Shown here: piece after piece, positions 1-8,383 of the stretch
Numbering within the stretch: position 1 is the stretch's first letter
How the letters are laid out: every line of letters begins with the position of its first letter
DNA from: an uncultured Actinomycetota bacterium
Lineage (GTDB): Bacteria > Actinomycetota > Humimicrobiia > Humimicrobiales > Humimicrobiaceae
Assembly: GCA_964616545.1 (NCBI GenBank)
Contig: CAZTUA010000012.1
Span: 18,185-82,184, forward strand
DNA: 64,000 nucleotides
Direction: 5' to 3'
Program-made: the position numbers and the translations under genes
Notes under the pieces: generated by a model
What the model saw: only the letters and a program-made list of their open reading frames with translations
Database searches by the model: none
What the model was told of the DNA's origin: nothing

Positions 1-1
1 T

Positions 2-157
2 TATTTTTCTGAAAAAGTATATAAAACAATTATTCCAAGAAATGTGAGGCTTAGTGAAGCACCCAGTTACGGAAAACCCATAATGGAGTATGACCCGGCG
101 TGCAAGGGTGCGGAAGCTTATAATAATTTTACAAAGGAAGTGATAGAAAATGGCTAG
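2..157 (+). CDS. parA: ParA/Soj ATPase, C-terminal fragment
   Basis: Frame 2 reads ...[32 protein letters not shown]...ENG*, the Soj C-terminal motif; overlaps the parB start. Confidence 0.93.
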   Translation, partial: YFSEKVYKTIIPRNVRLSEAPSYGKPIMEYDPACKGAEAYNNFTKEVIENG

Positions 158-1010
158 AAGGGGTTTAGGGAGAGGGTTGAGCGCATTAATACCAGCTGCA
201 GAAAAGCCTTCTGAAAATGAACTAAATGCAGTAGTGGAGCTGCCGTTAGAAAAAATTATCCCAAATAAAAACCAGCCAAGAAACAGATTTGATGAAGAGT
301 CACTGGCTGAGCTGGCAGAATCTATAAAGGAATTCGGTGTTATTCAACCTATAGTGGTAAGAAAAATTGATGATGTTGAAAAATATGAAATCGTTACCGG
401 GGAAAGAAGGTACCGGGCAACCAAAAAAATAGGTATCGGAACAATTCCCACAATTGTGGTAAGGGATGTTGACGATATTTCCTCTATTGAAATGGCCCTT
501 ATTGAGAACATTCACAGGGATAATCTAAGCCCCATGGAGAAAGCCCATACTTTCAAACATCTCATCGACGAGTTTAAAATCACACATGATAAGCTTTCAA
601 AAAAAATAGGAAAAAGCAGAACATCAATAACAAACTCTCTAAGATTACTTGCCCTTCCGATAGATATACAGAAACTGATAAATGACGAAAAGATAAGCGA
701 GGGCCACGCAAGAGCTATTCTTGCACTGGATAAAGAAAAAGACCAGATAAAATTTGCAGGCCTAATTATAAAAAATGATTTAAGTGTTAGAGACGCAGAA
801 AAAATTGTAAGCCGGAATAAAGAACAAGAATCAAAAGCAAAAACCCGGAAAGTTTTACAATTTAGCAAGTTTCCCAAAATATCAGATAAGCTATCCGAAT
901 TTCTTAATGCTCCGATTAAAATAACCATGAGCAAAAAAAAGGGAAAGATTTTAATAGAATTTGGCTCCGTTAATGATTTAGAAAGAATAGTGAATAAAAT
1001 TGTCCAATAA
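150..1010 (+). CDS. parB: ParB/Spo0J partition protein
   Basis: [13 protein letters not shown]-terminus, NQPR, GERRYRA CTP-binding motif, HTH region. Confidence 0.96.
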   Translation: MARRGLGRGLSALIPAAEKPSENELNAVVELPLEKIIPNKNQPRNRFDEESLAELAESIKEFGVIQPIVVRKIDDVEKYEIVTGERRYRATKKIGIGTIPTIVVRDVDDISSIEMALIENIHRDNLSPMEKAHTFKHLIDEFKITHDKLSKKIGKSRTSITNSLRLLALPIDIQKLINDEKISEGHARAILALDKEKDQIKFAGLIIKNDLSVRDAEKIVSRNKEQESKAKTRKVLQFSKFPKISDKLSEFLNAPIKITMSKKKGKILIEFGSVNDLERIVNKIVQ

Positions 1011-1896
1011 AAACCCGGATTGGCTCAAGAAAAGAGTAAGACTTAATAACTCAAAAGTTAATGAAATTAAATCTCTTATTGATAATCTGCAATTAAACAC
1101 AGTCTGCCAGAGCGCACAGTGTCCCAATATTTATGAGTGTTTTAGTAAAAAAACTGCAACTTTTATGCTTATGGGGGATATCTGTACCAGAAACTGCGGA
1201 TTCTGCGGGATAAAGACCGGAAAACCGGAGGCGCTTGATGAAGACGAACCACTAAAAATTGCCAGAGCCGTAAAAAAGCTGGGGCTAAAATATGTTGTTA
1301 TAACATCGGTAACAAGAGATGACCTCCCCGATGGGGGAAGTAATCATTTTGCACAAACTATAAGGGAGATAAAAAGGATAAATCAGGATATAGAAATAGA
1401 ATGTTTGATTCCGGATTTTAAAGGAAACATAAAGAATCTTGAAACAGTATTACGCCAGGAGCTGAGAGTATTAAACCACAATATTGAAACAACAAAAAAA
1501 AACTATAAAGAATTCAGAAATAAATCAAACTACGAACATTCACTTAAAATATTAAAATATGCAAAATTATTGAGGCCGGATATTTTTACAAAATCAGGAT
1601 TTATGCTCGGGCCCGGTGAAGATGAAAGAGAAATAATTGGACTGCTCTCTGATTTAAAGAAAGTAGATTGCGATATTGTTACAATAGGGCAGTATCTCAG
1701 ACCTTCAAGCCTGAATATACCGGTAAAAAAACTTTACAGTCCGGCAGAATTTAAAAAAATAGGAAAACTCGCGGAAAGTTATGGTTTTAAGGCGGTTGTC
1801 AGTGGAGTATTTGTAAGGTCTTCGTATAACGCGGCTGCTGTACTGGATGAGGTTTTTAACATCAGGAAAAATGCAGTTAAAAATAAAGATAAATAA
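1000..1896 (+). CDS. lipA: Lipoyl synthase
   Basis: CQSAQCPNIYEC and CTRNCGFC cluster motifs, C-terminal RSSY. Confidence 0.95.
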   Translation: MSNKNPDWLKKRVRLNNSKVNEIKSLIDNLQLNTVCQSAQCPNIYECFSKKTATFMLMGDICTRNCGFCGIKTGKPEALDEDEPLKIARAVKKLGLKYVVITSVTRDDLPDGGSNHFAQTIREIKRINQDIEIECLIPDFKGNIKNLETVLRQELRVLNHNIETTKKNYKEFRNKSNYEHSLKILKYAKLLRPDIFTKSGFMLGPGEDEREIIGLLSDLKKVDCDIVTIGQYLRPSSLNIPVKKLYSPAEFKKIGKLAESYGFKAVVSGVFVRSSYNAAAVLDEVFNIRKNAVKNKDK

Positions 1897-1962
1897 TGAA
1901 AGCCTGCTTATTTTAATAGATTTTATGTTTATTATATTATCAGAATTATATATAGTTTCTTA

Positions 1963-1991
1963 TTGACATTTTTAAATAAATTATTTAAACT
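1963..1991 (+). promoter_or_regulatory. sigma70-type promoter for the small HTH gene
   Basis: TTGACA (1963-1968), 17 bp spacer, TAAACT (1986-1991). Confidence 0.55.
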
Positions 1992-2020
1992 TTTTATAAC
2001 TTTCTATAACTTTTTAAAAC
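1981..2020 (+). repeat. Four 10-bp imperfect direct repeats
   Basis: TTATTTAAAC TTTTTATAAC TTTCTATAAC TTTTTAAAAC. Confidence 0.7.
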
Positions 2021-2040
2021 ATTTTTGCGGGGGAAGACAA

Positions 2041-2229
2041 TTGATATCAAATCTATATAAGGTACGGGAAGCGGCAAAAATATTAAAGGTTAAGCCAATA
2101 ACTATAAGAAGATGGTGTAAATCCGGAATGCTAAAAGCAAAAAAAATAGGGAAGAGCTGGTATATTCCAGAGGATGAGCTTATTCTCTTTAAAGATGAAA
2201 ATGTAAATGTTAAATTAGATAAAAGCTAA
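2041..2229 (+). CDS. Excisionase/BldC-like HTH_17 (MerR-like winged helix) DNA-binding protein
   Basis: YKVREAAKILKVKPITIRRWCKSGMLKAKKIGKSWYI; TTG at 2041 follows a GGGGGA SD, so the ORF-track start at 1963 is probably too long. Confidence 0.85.
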   Translation: MISNLYKVREAAKILKVKPITIRRWCKSGMLKAKKIGKSWYIPEDELILFKDENVNVKLDKS

Positions 2230-2344
2230 CTGCCTTAAAAAAATACAATTTATAAATCCCATATGTTAATATTATATTGTTTATTTAGTTGATAAATAAA
2301 CAGATATTTATTAGGTATTGTATATTTTAAAAACCAGGGTTTAA

Positions 2345-2950
2345 GTGAACAGAGTAAAAGATAGCTTTCTTTCTTATATAGAACGGATAAAAACATACAA
2401 TAGAATCGCCAGTATTTCTAAAATTGTAAGAAGATATTTTGCAATAAACGGTTTCGACGGAGTAATTACTATAATAGGTGTCCTGGTCGGGAACTATATT
2501 ATCGGAGTAAAAGATTACAAACATGTAATAATAGCCGGTGCAGCTGTATGCATATCTTTAGGAGTTTCTGGAGTGTGGAGTGCCTATAACAGTGAGGCCG
2601 CAGAAAGAAAAAAAGAAATATATGACCTCGAGAAATCTATTCTTCATAATTTAGATGAAACAATAATATCAAAAGCGCAAAAATTTGCCGTGGGTGTACT
2701 TGCTGCGGTAAACGGACTTTCACCGGTTATAACAGCATTTATACCCCTGGTTCCTTTTATTTTTGGAGGAATTCTCCCCATCAGCATATGTTATTACAGC
2801 GGATTTATTCTTGCATTCTTAATATTGTTCGGCATAGGTTTATTTCTGGGTAAAATTTCCAGAGGCAACCTTATTGTCAGTGGTATAAAAATGCTAATAG
2901 CAGGCGGTTTTTGCATCGGCCTGAGCCTGCTATTAACACTTATTGAGTGA
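2345..2950 (+). CDS. VIT1/CCC1-family membrane protein (archaeal-like type)
   Basis: RRYFAINGFDG, SGVWSAYNSEAAE motifs; about five hydrophobic segments. Confidence 0.75.
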   Translation: MNRVKDSFLSYIERIKTYNRIASISKIVRRYFAINGFDGVITIIGVLVGNYIIGVKDYKHVIIAGAAVCISLGVSGVWSAYNSEAAERKKEIYDLEKSILHNLDETIISKAQKFAVGVLAAVNGLSPVITAFIPLVPFIFGGILPISICYYSGFILAFLILFGIGLFLGKISRGNLIVSGIKMLIAGGFCIGLSLLLTLIE

Positions 2951-3024
2951 TATTAAAATATAAAAAAGCGGAACCTTTTAATTAACATCAAAAAAAATGA
3001 CAAATTTTTGAAAATTTATTAAGC

Positions 3025-4362
3025 CTATAAAAGGTGGAGATAAGAATCCAGCTCATATTTAGAAACATGGGTTCTATATCTATCCCACTCAATTTTTTTA
3101 TTTTCTATAAACTTATAAAAAATATGATCACCCAGGGTCTCTCTTACCAGGTCGCTTTTTTCCATGAATTTTAATGCTTCAAGGAGATTATCCGGAAGAG
3201 TCTCTATCCCCGCCTCTTCTCTCTTCTGAATATCCATTTCAAAGATATTTTCCTCAATTGGCTCTGGAAGAGGGTATTTGTTCTTTATGCCTTCAAGGCC
3301 CGCTGCGAGCATAACACTGAAGGCAAGATAAGGATTACAGGCAGGATCCGGGCACCTGAATTCAACCCTTGTTGATGTTTCTTTATCAGGTTTATATAGG
3401 GGGACCCTTACAAGTGTTGACCTGTTCCTTCTTGCCCATGAGATATAAACTGGTGCTTCAAATCCAGGTACCAGTCTTTTATAAGAGTTAACCCATTGAT
3501 TTGTGATTGCCACTATCTCTTTGCAGTGTTTGAGTATACCTGCAATATAATACTTGCCCGTATTAGATAGATGGTATTTATCGTCAGGATCATGAAAAGA
3601 ATTTTTGTCTCCCCTGAAAAGAGATTGATGCGTATGCATTCCACTTCCATTTTCCCCGAATAAAGGCTTGGGCATAAAAGTGGCGTATACACCCTTTTGT
3701 GTTGCAACCTCCTTCACAATAAGTCTGTATGTCATAGCATTATCAGCCATTGTAAGAGCATCGGCATATCTTAAATCTATTTCATGCTGTGAGGGGGCAA
3801 CTTCATGATGTGAGTATTCCACTCCTATGCCCATTGATTCTAAAAATAGTATTGTGGTCCTTCTTAACTCAGTTGCCACATCCAGGGTTGTCAGGTCGAA
3901 ATACCCCCCCCTGTCAAGTATCTCAGGGTTCCCGCTATCATCTTTAAAATAAAAGAATTCAAGCTCCGGGCCAACATAGAAAGTATAGCCCATATCTTTT
4001 GCTTTTTTTAACATTCTTTTAAGAACCCACCTCGGGTCGCCTTTAAAATTCGACCTGTCCGGCTCAAGTATGTCACAGAACATCCTCGCGACTCCATTCT
4101 CTTCCGGACTCCAGGGGAGTATCTGAAAGGTAGCCGGGTCGGGCATCGCAATAACATCGCTTTCCTCTATTCTGGAAAAACCTTCAATAGAAGAACCATC
4201 AAAACCCATACCTTCAGTTAATGCATTTTCAAGCTCCTCTACGGTAATTGCAAAGCTTTTTAAGAACCCCTGAACATCTGTAAACCAGAGTCTTATAAAC
4301 TTTATATCGTTGTCGTGGGCCTTTTTTAAGACGTATTGTTTCATCTCTTCGTTTTTATCCAT
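3025..4362 (-). CDS. glnA: Glutamine synthetase type I (alpha-like)
   Basis: FDGSSIEGF, HHEVAPSQHEID, FMPKP...NGSGMH, NSYKRL, RVEFRCPD; ATG at 4362 follows an AAGGGAG SD. Confidence 0.96.
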   Translation of the reverse strand: MDKNEEMKQYVLKKAHDNDIKFIRLWFTDVQGFLKSFAITVEELENALTEGMGFDGSSIEGFSRIEESDVIAMPDPATFQILPWSPEENGVARMFCDILEPDRSNFKGDPRWVLKRMLKKAKDMGYTFYVGPELEFFYFKDDSGNPEILDRGGYFDLTTLDVATELRRTTILFLESMGIGVEYSHHEVAPSQHEIDLRYADALTMADNAMTYRLIVKEVATQKGVYATFMPKPLFGENGSGMHTHQSLFRGDKNSFHDPDDKYHLSNTGKYYIAGILKHCKEIVAITNQWVNSYKRLVPGFEAPVYISWARRNRSTLVRVPLYKPDKETSTRVEFRCPDPACNPYLAFSVMLAAGLEGIKNKYPLPEPIEENIFEMDIQKREEAGIETLPDNLLEALKFMEKSDLVRETLGDHIFYKFIENKKIEWDRYRTHVSKYELDSYLHLL

Positions 4363-4486
4363 AATAATAGCTCCCTTCACTGTTTATAAAAATTAGCAAA
4401 TAATAATGAAACCTTCAGGTTGTTGACAGGTTTAAAAATTCCATAAAATTATAACTTAAATTTAAATAAAAATTTATATAAATCGT

Positions 4487-4502
4487 GTTAAATCTATGTT
4501 AA
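4487..4502 (-). promoter_or_regulatory. Putative GlnR box upstream of glnA
   Basis: Minus strand TTAAC-n6-TTAAC, the same 11-bp-period repeat as upstream of amtB. Confidence 0.5.
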
Positions 4503-4518
4503 ATCTTTAATTCTGCTG

Positions 4519-4860
4519 CTAACCTATTGCTTCCTTCCCTTCTTCGCCGGTCCTTATCCTAATGCATCTTGCAAGGTCGATAACAAAAATTTTTCCATCG
4601 CCGATATTACCTGTATATGCGCCTTTTTTTATTGCACTGATGGTGGGTTCCACGAATTTTTCATTTACCGCTATTTCAAGCCTTATTTTTTTAATAAGAT
4701 TAACTTCGTGTATAATCCCTCTGTATGTTTCTGTATAGCCCTTTTGCTGGCCGCATCCAAGCACATTGGTAACTGTCATCTTATATATCTCATTATCGAA
4801 TAATGCTTTTTTAACATCGGGTAATTTATGCGGCTGAATCATGGCAATGATTAATTTCAT
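4519..4860 (-). CDS. glnK: Nitrogen regulatory protein P-II
   Basis: GCGQQKG..ETYRG T-loop, [17 protein letters not shown]; directly downstream of amtB. Confidence 0.94.
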   Translation of the reverse strand: MKLIIAMIQPHKLPDVKKALFDNEIYKMTVTNVLGCGQQKGYTETYRGIIHEVNLIKKIRLEIAVNEKFVEPTISAIKKGAYTGNIGDGKIFVIDLARCIRIRTGEEGKEAIG

Positions 4861-4892
4861 ATTTAATCTCCTTTCCTTTAAAAATTAATATT

Positions 4893-6155
4893 CTAGTCAT
4901 TCTGGAAAATCTGGAAGCCGCTGTAAGCTTCCATACCGTGTTCATCAATATCAAGTCCTTTTAACTCGGTATCTCTGGAAACCCTCAACCCTATCGTCTT
5001 TTTAATTGTAAAGAATACCAGAAGCATTATTCCAAAAGTCCAAGCAAACACGCTGACAGCACCGGTAAGCTGTGTGAGAAGCAGTCCCGGGCCGCCTCCG
5101 TAAAGAAGGCCATTTAAATTTTCAAACCCGGCGAGTTCTGAATATTCCGACTGTGCAAAAAAACCAACAAACAGAGTTCCAAAGAAACCGCAGACACCGT
5201 GAACAGATACAGCCCCCACGGGATCATCTATTCTGAATTTTTTATCAAGCAGTTCAACCGATATGCTTACAATTATTCCGCATAACAGCCCTATAATAAT
5301 GGCGCTGTACGGTGATACCACCGCACACCCCGCAGTAATGCCCACCAGCCCTGCCAGTGCTCCGTTTAATGTCATGGATGCATCCGGCTTTTTATACTTT
5401 ACCCATGTATAGAACATGGTTGCCAGTGCTCCGGCAGCAGCAGCAAGAGTGGTAGCAACGGCTATGGTAGCAATAGCCGGACTGCCTGCGGACAGAGTGC
5501 TTCCCGGATTAAAGCCGTACCAGCCAAACCATAAAATAAAAACACCGAGTGTCGCAAGCGGGATATTATGGCCGGGAATTGCGTTTGAGCTTCCATCGCT
5601 GTTATATTTGCCTAATCTCGGGCCAAGCACAATAGCACCGGCAAGACCTGCCCATCCTCCTACTGAATGAACAACAGTGGAACCGGCGAAATCAACCATA
5701 CCCATATCTGCCAGCCAGCCGCCTCCCCATATCCAGTGGCCTGCTACAGGATAGACAAGCCCGGTAATAAAAATAGAGTAAATAAGGTAATTTTTGAATT
5801 TGATTCTTTCTGCAACGGCTCCAGAAACAATTGTAGCTGCAGTGGCAGCGAATACAGCCTGAAAAATCCAGAATGCAAAGATTGAAGCAGAAGCCTCTCC
5901 GGTTATCTGGAGAGTGAAACCGCTGGTTCCGATAAAACCCCCTGCATCCCTGCCAAACATAAACCCGAAACCAATTAGAAGAAACAAAACACTTCCGATG
6001 CAAAAATCAATCAGGTTCTTCATGAGAATATTTACAGAGTTTTTTGCGCGGGTAAAACCGGTTTCAACCATTGCAAAACCAGCCTGCATAAAAAATACCA
6101 TAAATGCCGTGATAAGAATCCAGAGAGTATCAAGGTTAGTTGCGAGCTGTTCCAT
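4893..6155 (-). CDS. amtB: Ammonium transporter
   Basis: FMQAGFAMVETG, DFAGSTVVH, WFGWYGFNPGS, DDPVGAVSVHG. Confidence 0.96.
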   Translation of the reverse strand: MEQLATNLDTLWILITAFMVFFMQAGFAMVETGFTRAKNSVNILMKNLIDFCIGSVLFLLIGFGFMFGRDAGGFIGTSGFTLQITGEASASIFAFWIFQAVFAATAATIVSGAVAERIKFKNYLIYSIFITGLVYPVAGHWIWGGGWLADMGMVDFAGSTVVHSVGGWAGLAGAIVLGPRLGKYNSDGSSNAIPGHNIPLATLGVFILWFGWYGFNPGSTLSAGSPAIATIAVATTLAAAAGALATMFYTWVKYKKPDASMTLNGALAGLVGITAGCAVVSPYSAIIIGLLCGIIVSISVELLDKKFRIDDPVGAVSVHGVCGFFGTLFVGFFAQSEYSELAGFENLNGLLYGGGPGLLLTQLTGAVSVFAWTFGIMLLVFFTIKKTIGLRVSRDTELKGLDIDEHGMEAYSGFQIFQND

Positions 6156-6210
6156 TTTTCCTCCATACGTTTTCTGTTATAAATAATGAAGAAAATTGTA
6201 CCGCTTTAAC

Positions 6211-6248
6211 TTTACCTTCAGGTTACAGCTCTGTTAAAAGTTTGTTAA
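6211..6248 (-). promoter_or_regulatory. Putative GlnR box (four 11-bp-period repeats) upstream of amtB
   Basis: Minus strand TTAAC-n6-TTAAC-n6-GTAAC-n6-GTAAA; resembles the actinobacterial gTnAc-n6-GaAAc consensus. Confidence 0.65.
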
Positions 6249-6291
6249 ATATTAAAAGCCGGGGCGCATCTACCGTGGTATAAAACAGGCG

Positions 6292-6993
6292 CTAAAATTT
6301 ATCGGAGCTGGAATTACCGGGGGAGAACATATAGCCGACATTACGGATTGTTTTTAACATAAGACTGTACGGAGGCGGAATCTTGGAACGGAGTCTTCTA
6401 ATATGAACATCAACAGTTCTGCTGCCGCCATAAAAATCATATTCCCAGACTAATGAAAGAAGCTTTTTTCTCGTGAAAACCCTGTCGCGGTTCTTAAGAA
6501 GGAGCTTTAGAAGCTCAAACTCTTTAAAAGTCAGTTCAATTGGAGCGTCATTGACGGTTAGTTCATATTTATCAGGATTTAGTACAAGACCATTTACAAT
6601 AATAGCATTTACCGGAGGATAAATACCCCTTCTGATAAGAACAGCTTTTACTCTGATGGCAAGCTCTTTTCTAATATTTGAAATAAAGCAAAAATCATCA
6701 AATTTAATTCCATTTTCAAACAGGAGATCAGCGCAGCTAAAATCCAGCAATGCAATCTTTGCGATATCCGTTTTTCCTTTGCTTTTCAGTTCATTTTTGA
6801 TAGAAGCAATATCCGCAGTATTTTTTGCGGCAATATGTAAAACTACCAATCTTACACCTTTAAGGCCGGCAGCGAATTTTTCAGGGCTGTCCGGTATCTG
6901 TATATTGAAATTACCTGCATTTAGAGCATTTTTTATTACGCCCGCAAGCGCTCTGTCATCCGAAAAAAGAAGCGTTTTAATTGAATAAGCCAT
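6292..6993 (-). CDS. glnR: Orphan OmpR/PhoB-family regulator, GlnR-like, with atypical receiver domain
   Basis: LTFKEFELL and VWEYDFYGGSRTVDVHIRRLRSK winged helix typical of GlnR; no clear phospho-Asp; sits upstream of amtB-glnK-glnA. Confidence 0.75.
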   Translation of the reverse strand: MAYSIKTLLFSDDRALAGVIKNALNAGNFNIQIPDSPEKFAAGLKGVRLVVLHIAAKNTADIASIKNELKSKGKTDIAKIALLDFSCADLLFENGIKFDDFCFISNIRKELAIRVKAVLIRRGIYPPVNAIIVNGLVLNPDKYELTVNDAPIELTFKEFELLKLLLKNRDRVFTRKKLLSLVWEYDFYGGSRTVDVHIRRLRSKIPPPYSLMLKTIRNVGYMFSPGNSSSDKF

Positions 6994-7148
6994 ATTTAAA
7001 CCCGGTAAAAATTTAACAGAAATACAATTTTTATATTATAGAGTAATTTAATATATAGTAAAAGTAACAGGACCTGTCCGGATATATAAAAAATTATAAA
7101 AATAAAGGATTTTTATTTATTTTTTAAAACCATTATGTTAGTATTATA

Positions 7149-7165
7149 TTGCGCAAGCGCTTTCA
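7149..7165 (+). promoter_or_regulatory. LacI-type operator (autoregulatory)
   Basis: TTGCGCAAGCGCTTTCA with central CG, just upstream of the LacI gene. Confidence 0.6.
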
Positions 7166-7192
7166 TAATATTTTATAATTTTCAGTAAGTAC

Positions 7193-8197
7193 GTGATGGT
7201 AAACTATAATGATATAGCAAAACTGGCAAAAGTTTCCCCTACGACAGTATCACATGTAATCAATGAAACCAGGTTTGTCATGCCTGAAACAAAAGAAAGA
7301 GTTTTTAAGGCAATGAGGAAACTAAAGTACCAGCCCAATCTTCTTGCAAGAAGTCTTGCTACAGGCAAAACGCATACTGTTGGACTGGTTATTTCGGATA
7401 TAAGGAACCCATTCTATCCGGAGCTTATCCAGGGCGTGGAAGAACTCGCGGTAAAAAATGAGTATAACGTGTTCTTATGTAATACCGATTATGACATTGA
7501 CAAGGGATTAAAATCCATAGGGGCTTTAATAAAAAGAAAAATAGACGGCATAATTGTTGCCTCCAGCCAGGTGGACAGTTCTGTGATAGACCAGCTTGTT
7601 GATACTGATGTTAATTTTGTACTGGTAGACTGGTGTAAGAGAAATATAAAAGTGGACAGCCTCTACTTTGATTACAAGGTTGGAATAAAAGAAGCTATTT
7701 CTCATTTATATTCCCTCGGGCACAGAAATATTTTTTTTATAAGCGGCCCAAAAAAATTGAAAACAGCGGAAATAAGAATGAGAAATTTTATAGATACAGT
7801 AAAAAGCCATAAAAAGGAAAAAATAAAATATAAGATACTGGAAAGCAATCATAAAATAGACGGGGGTTATGAAGCTGCCGCTAAAATAATAAAAGAAAAG
7901 AAACTCCCCACAGCAATTATCTGCTCAAATGACCTTATGGCTTTAGGAGCCATGAAAGCTTTTCAGGCCAGGGGTATTAAAATTCCGGATGATATATCTA
8001 TTATCGGTCTGGATAATATAGCGCTGACTGAAATAGTTTCACCTGCGCTGACAACTATAGAGCTTGAGAGATATGAAATAGGTAAAACTGCGATGGAGAT
8101 GCTGCTAAACAGAATGAAGGAAAGAGAATTGCCCAAACAGACATGCATTTTTAAAACCAGATTAATTATAAGAGGAAGTACGGGAAGAGCAGGATAG
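7193..8197 (+). CDS. LacI-family transcriptional repressor
   Basis: DIAKLAKVSPTTVSHVIN HTH, YQPNLLARSL hinge helix, PALTTI. Confidence 0.95.
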   Translation: MMVNYNDIAKLAKVSPTTVSHVINETRFVMPETKERVFKAMRKLKYQPNLLARSLATGKTHTVGLVISDIRNPFYPELIQGVEELAVKNEYNVFLCNTDYDIDKGLKSIGALIKRKIDGIIVASSQVDSSVIDQLVDTDVNFVLVDWCKRNIKVDSLYFDYKVGIKEAISHLYSLGHRNIFFISGPKKLKTAEIRMRNFIDTVKSHKKEKIKYKILESNHKIDGGYEAAAKIIKEKKLPTAIICSNDLMALGAMKAFQARGIKIPDDISIIGLDNIALTEIVSPALTTIELERYEIGKTAMEMLLNRMKERELPKQTCIFKTRLIIRGSTGRAG

Positions 8198-8275
8198 CTC
8201 ATTAACAGACATGAAATTATTGAAAGTTTAGAACTTAATATTAAATTAATCTCGAGTAAATAGGAAAATGGAAAC

Positions 8276-8328
8276 TTGACAGGTAATTTAATTTTTTATA
8301 TTATAAAAAAGCACTTGCGCAAGTGCTT
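8276..8328 (+). promoter_or_regulatory. galK promoter with palindromic LacI-type operator
   Basis: TTGACA(8276)-17 bp-TATTAT(8299), then the perfect palindrome AAGCACTTGCGCAAGTGCTT (8309-8328). Confidence 0.75.
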
Positions 8329-8383
8329 GGTAATGGATTTCTTTGATTTTAAAATTTTAAAATAAGTATAAGAATAATATCCA

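Noticed and set aside
2041-2229. Excisionase-like gene as a prophage or ICE marker
   Set aside because: No integrase, att repeats or phage genes nearby; flanks are housekeeping.
6465-6480. parS-like string TTTTTCTCGTGAAAAC inside glnR
   Set aside because: Several mismatches to TGTTTCACGTGAAACA and explained by coding sequence; no convincing parS seen in the window.
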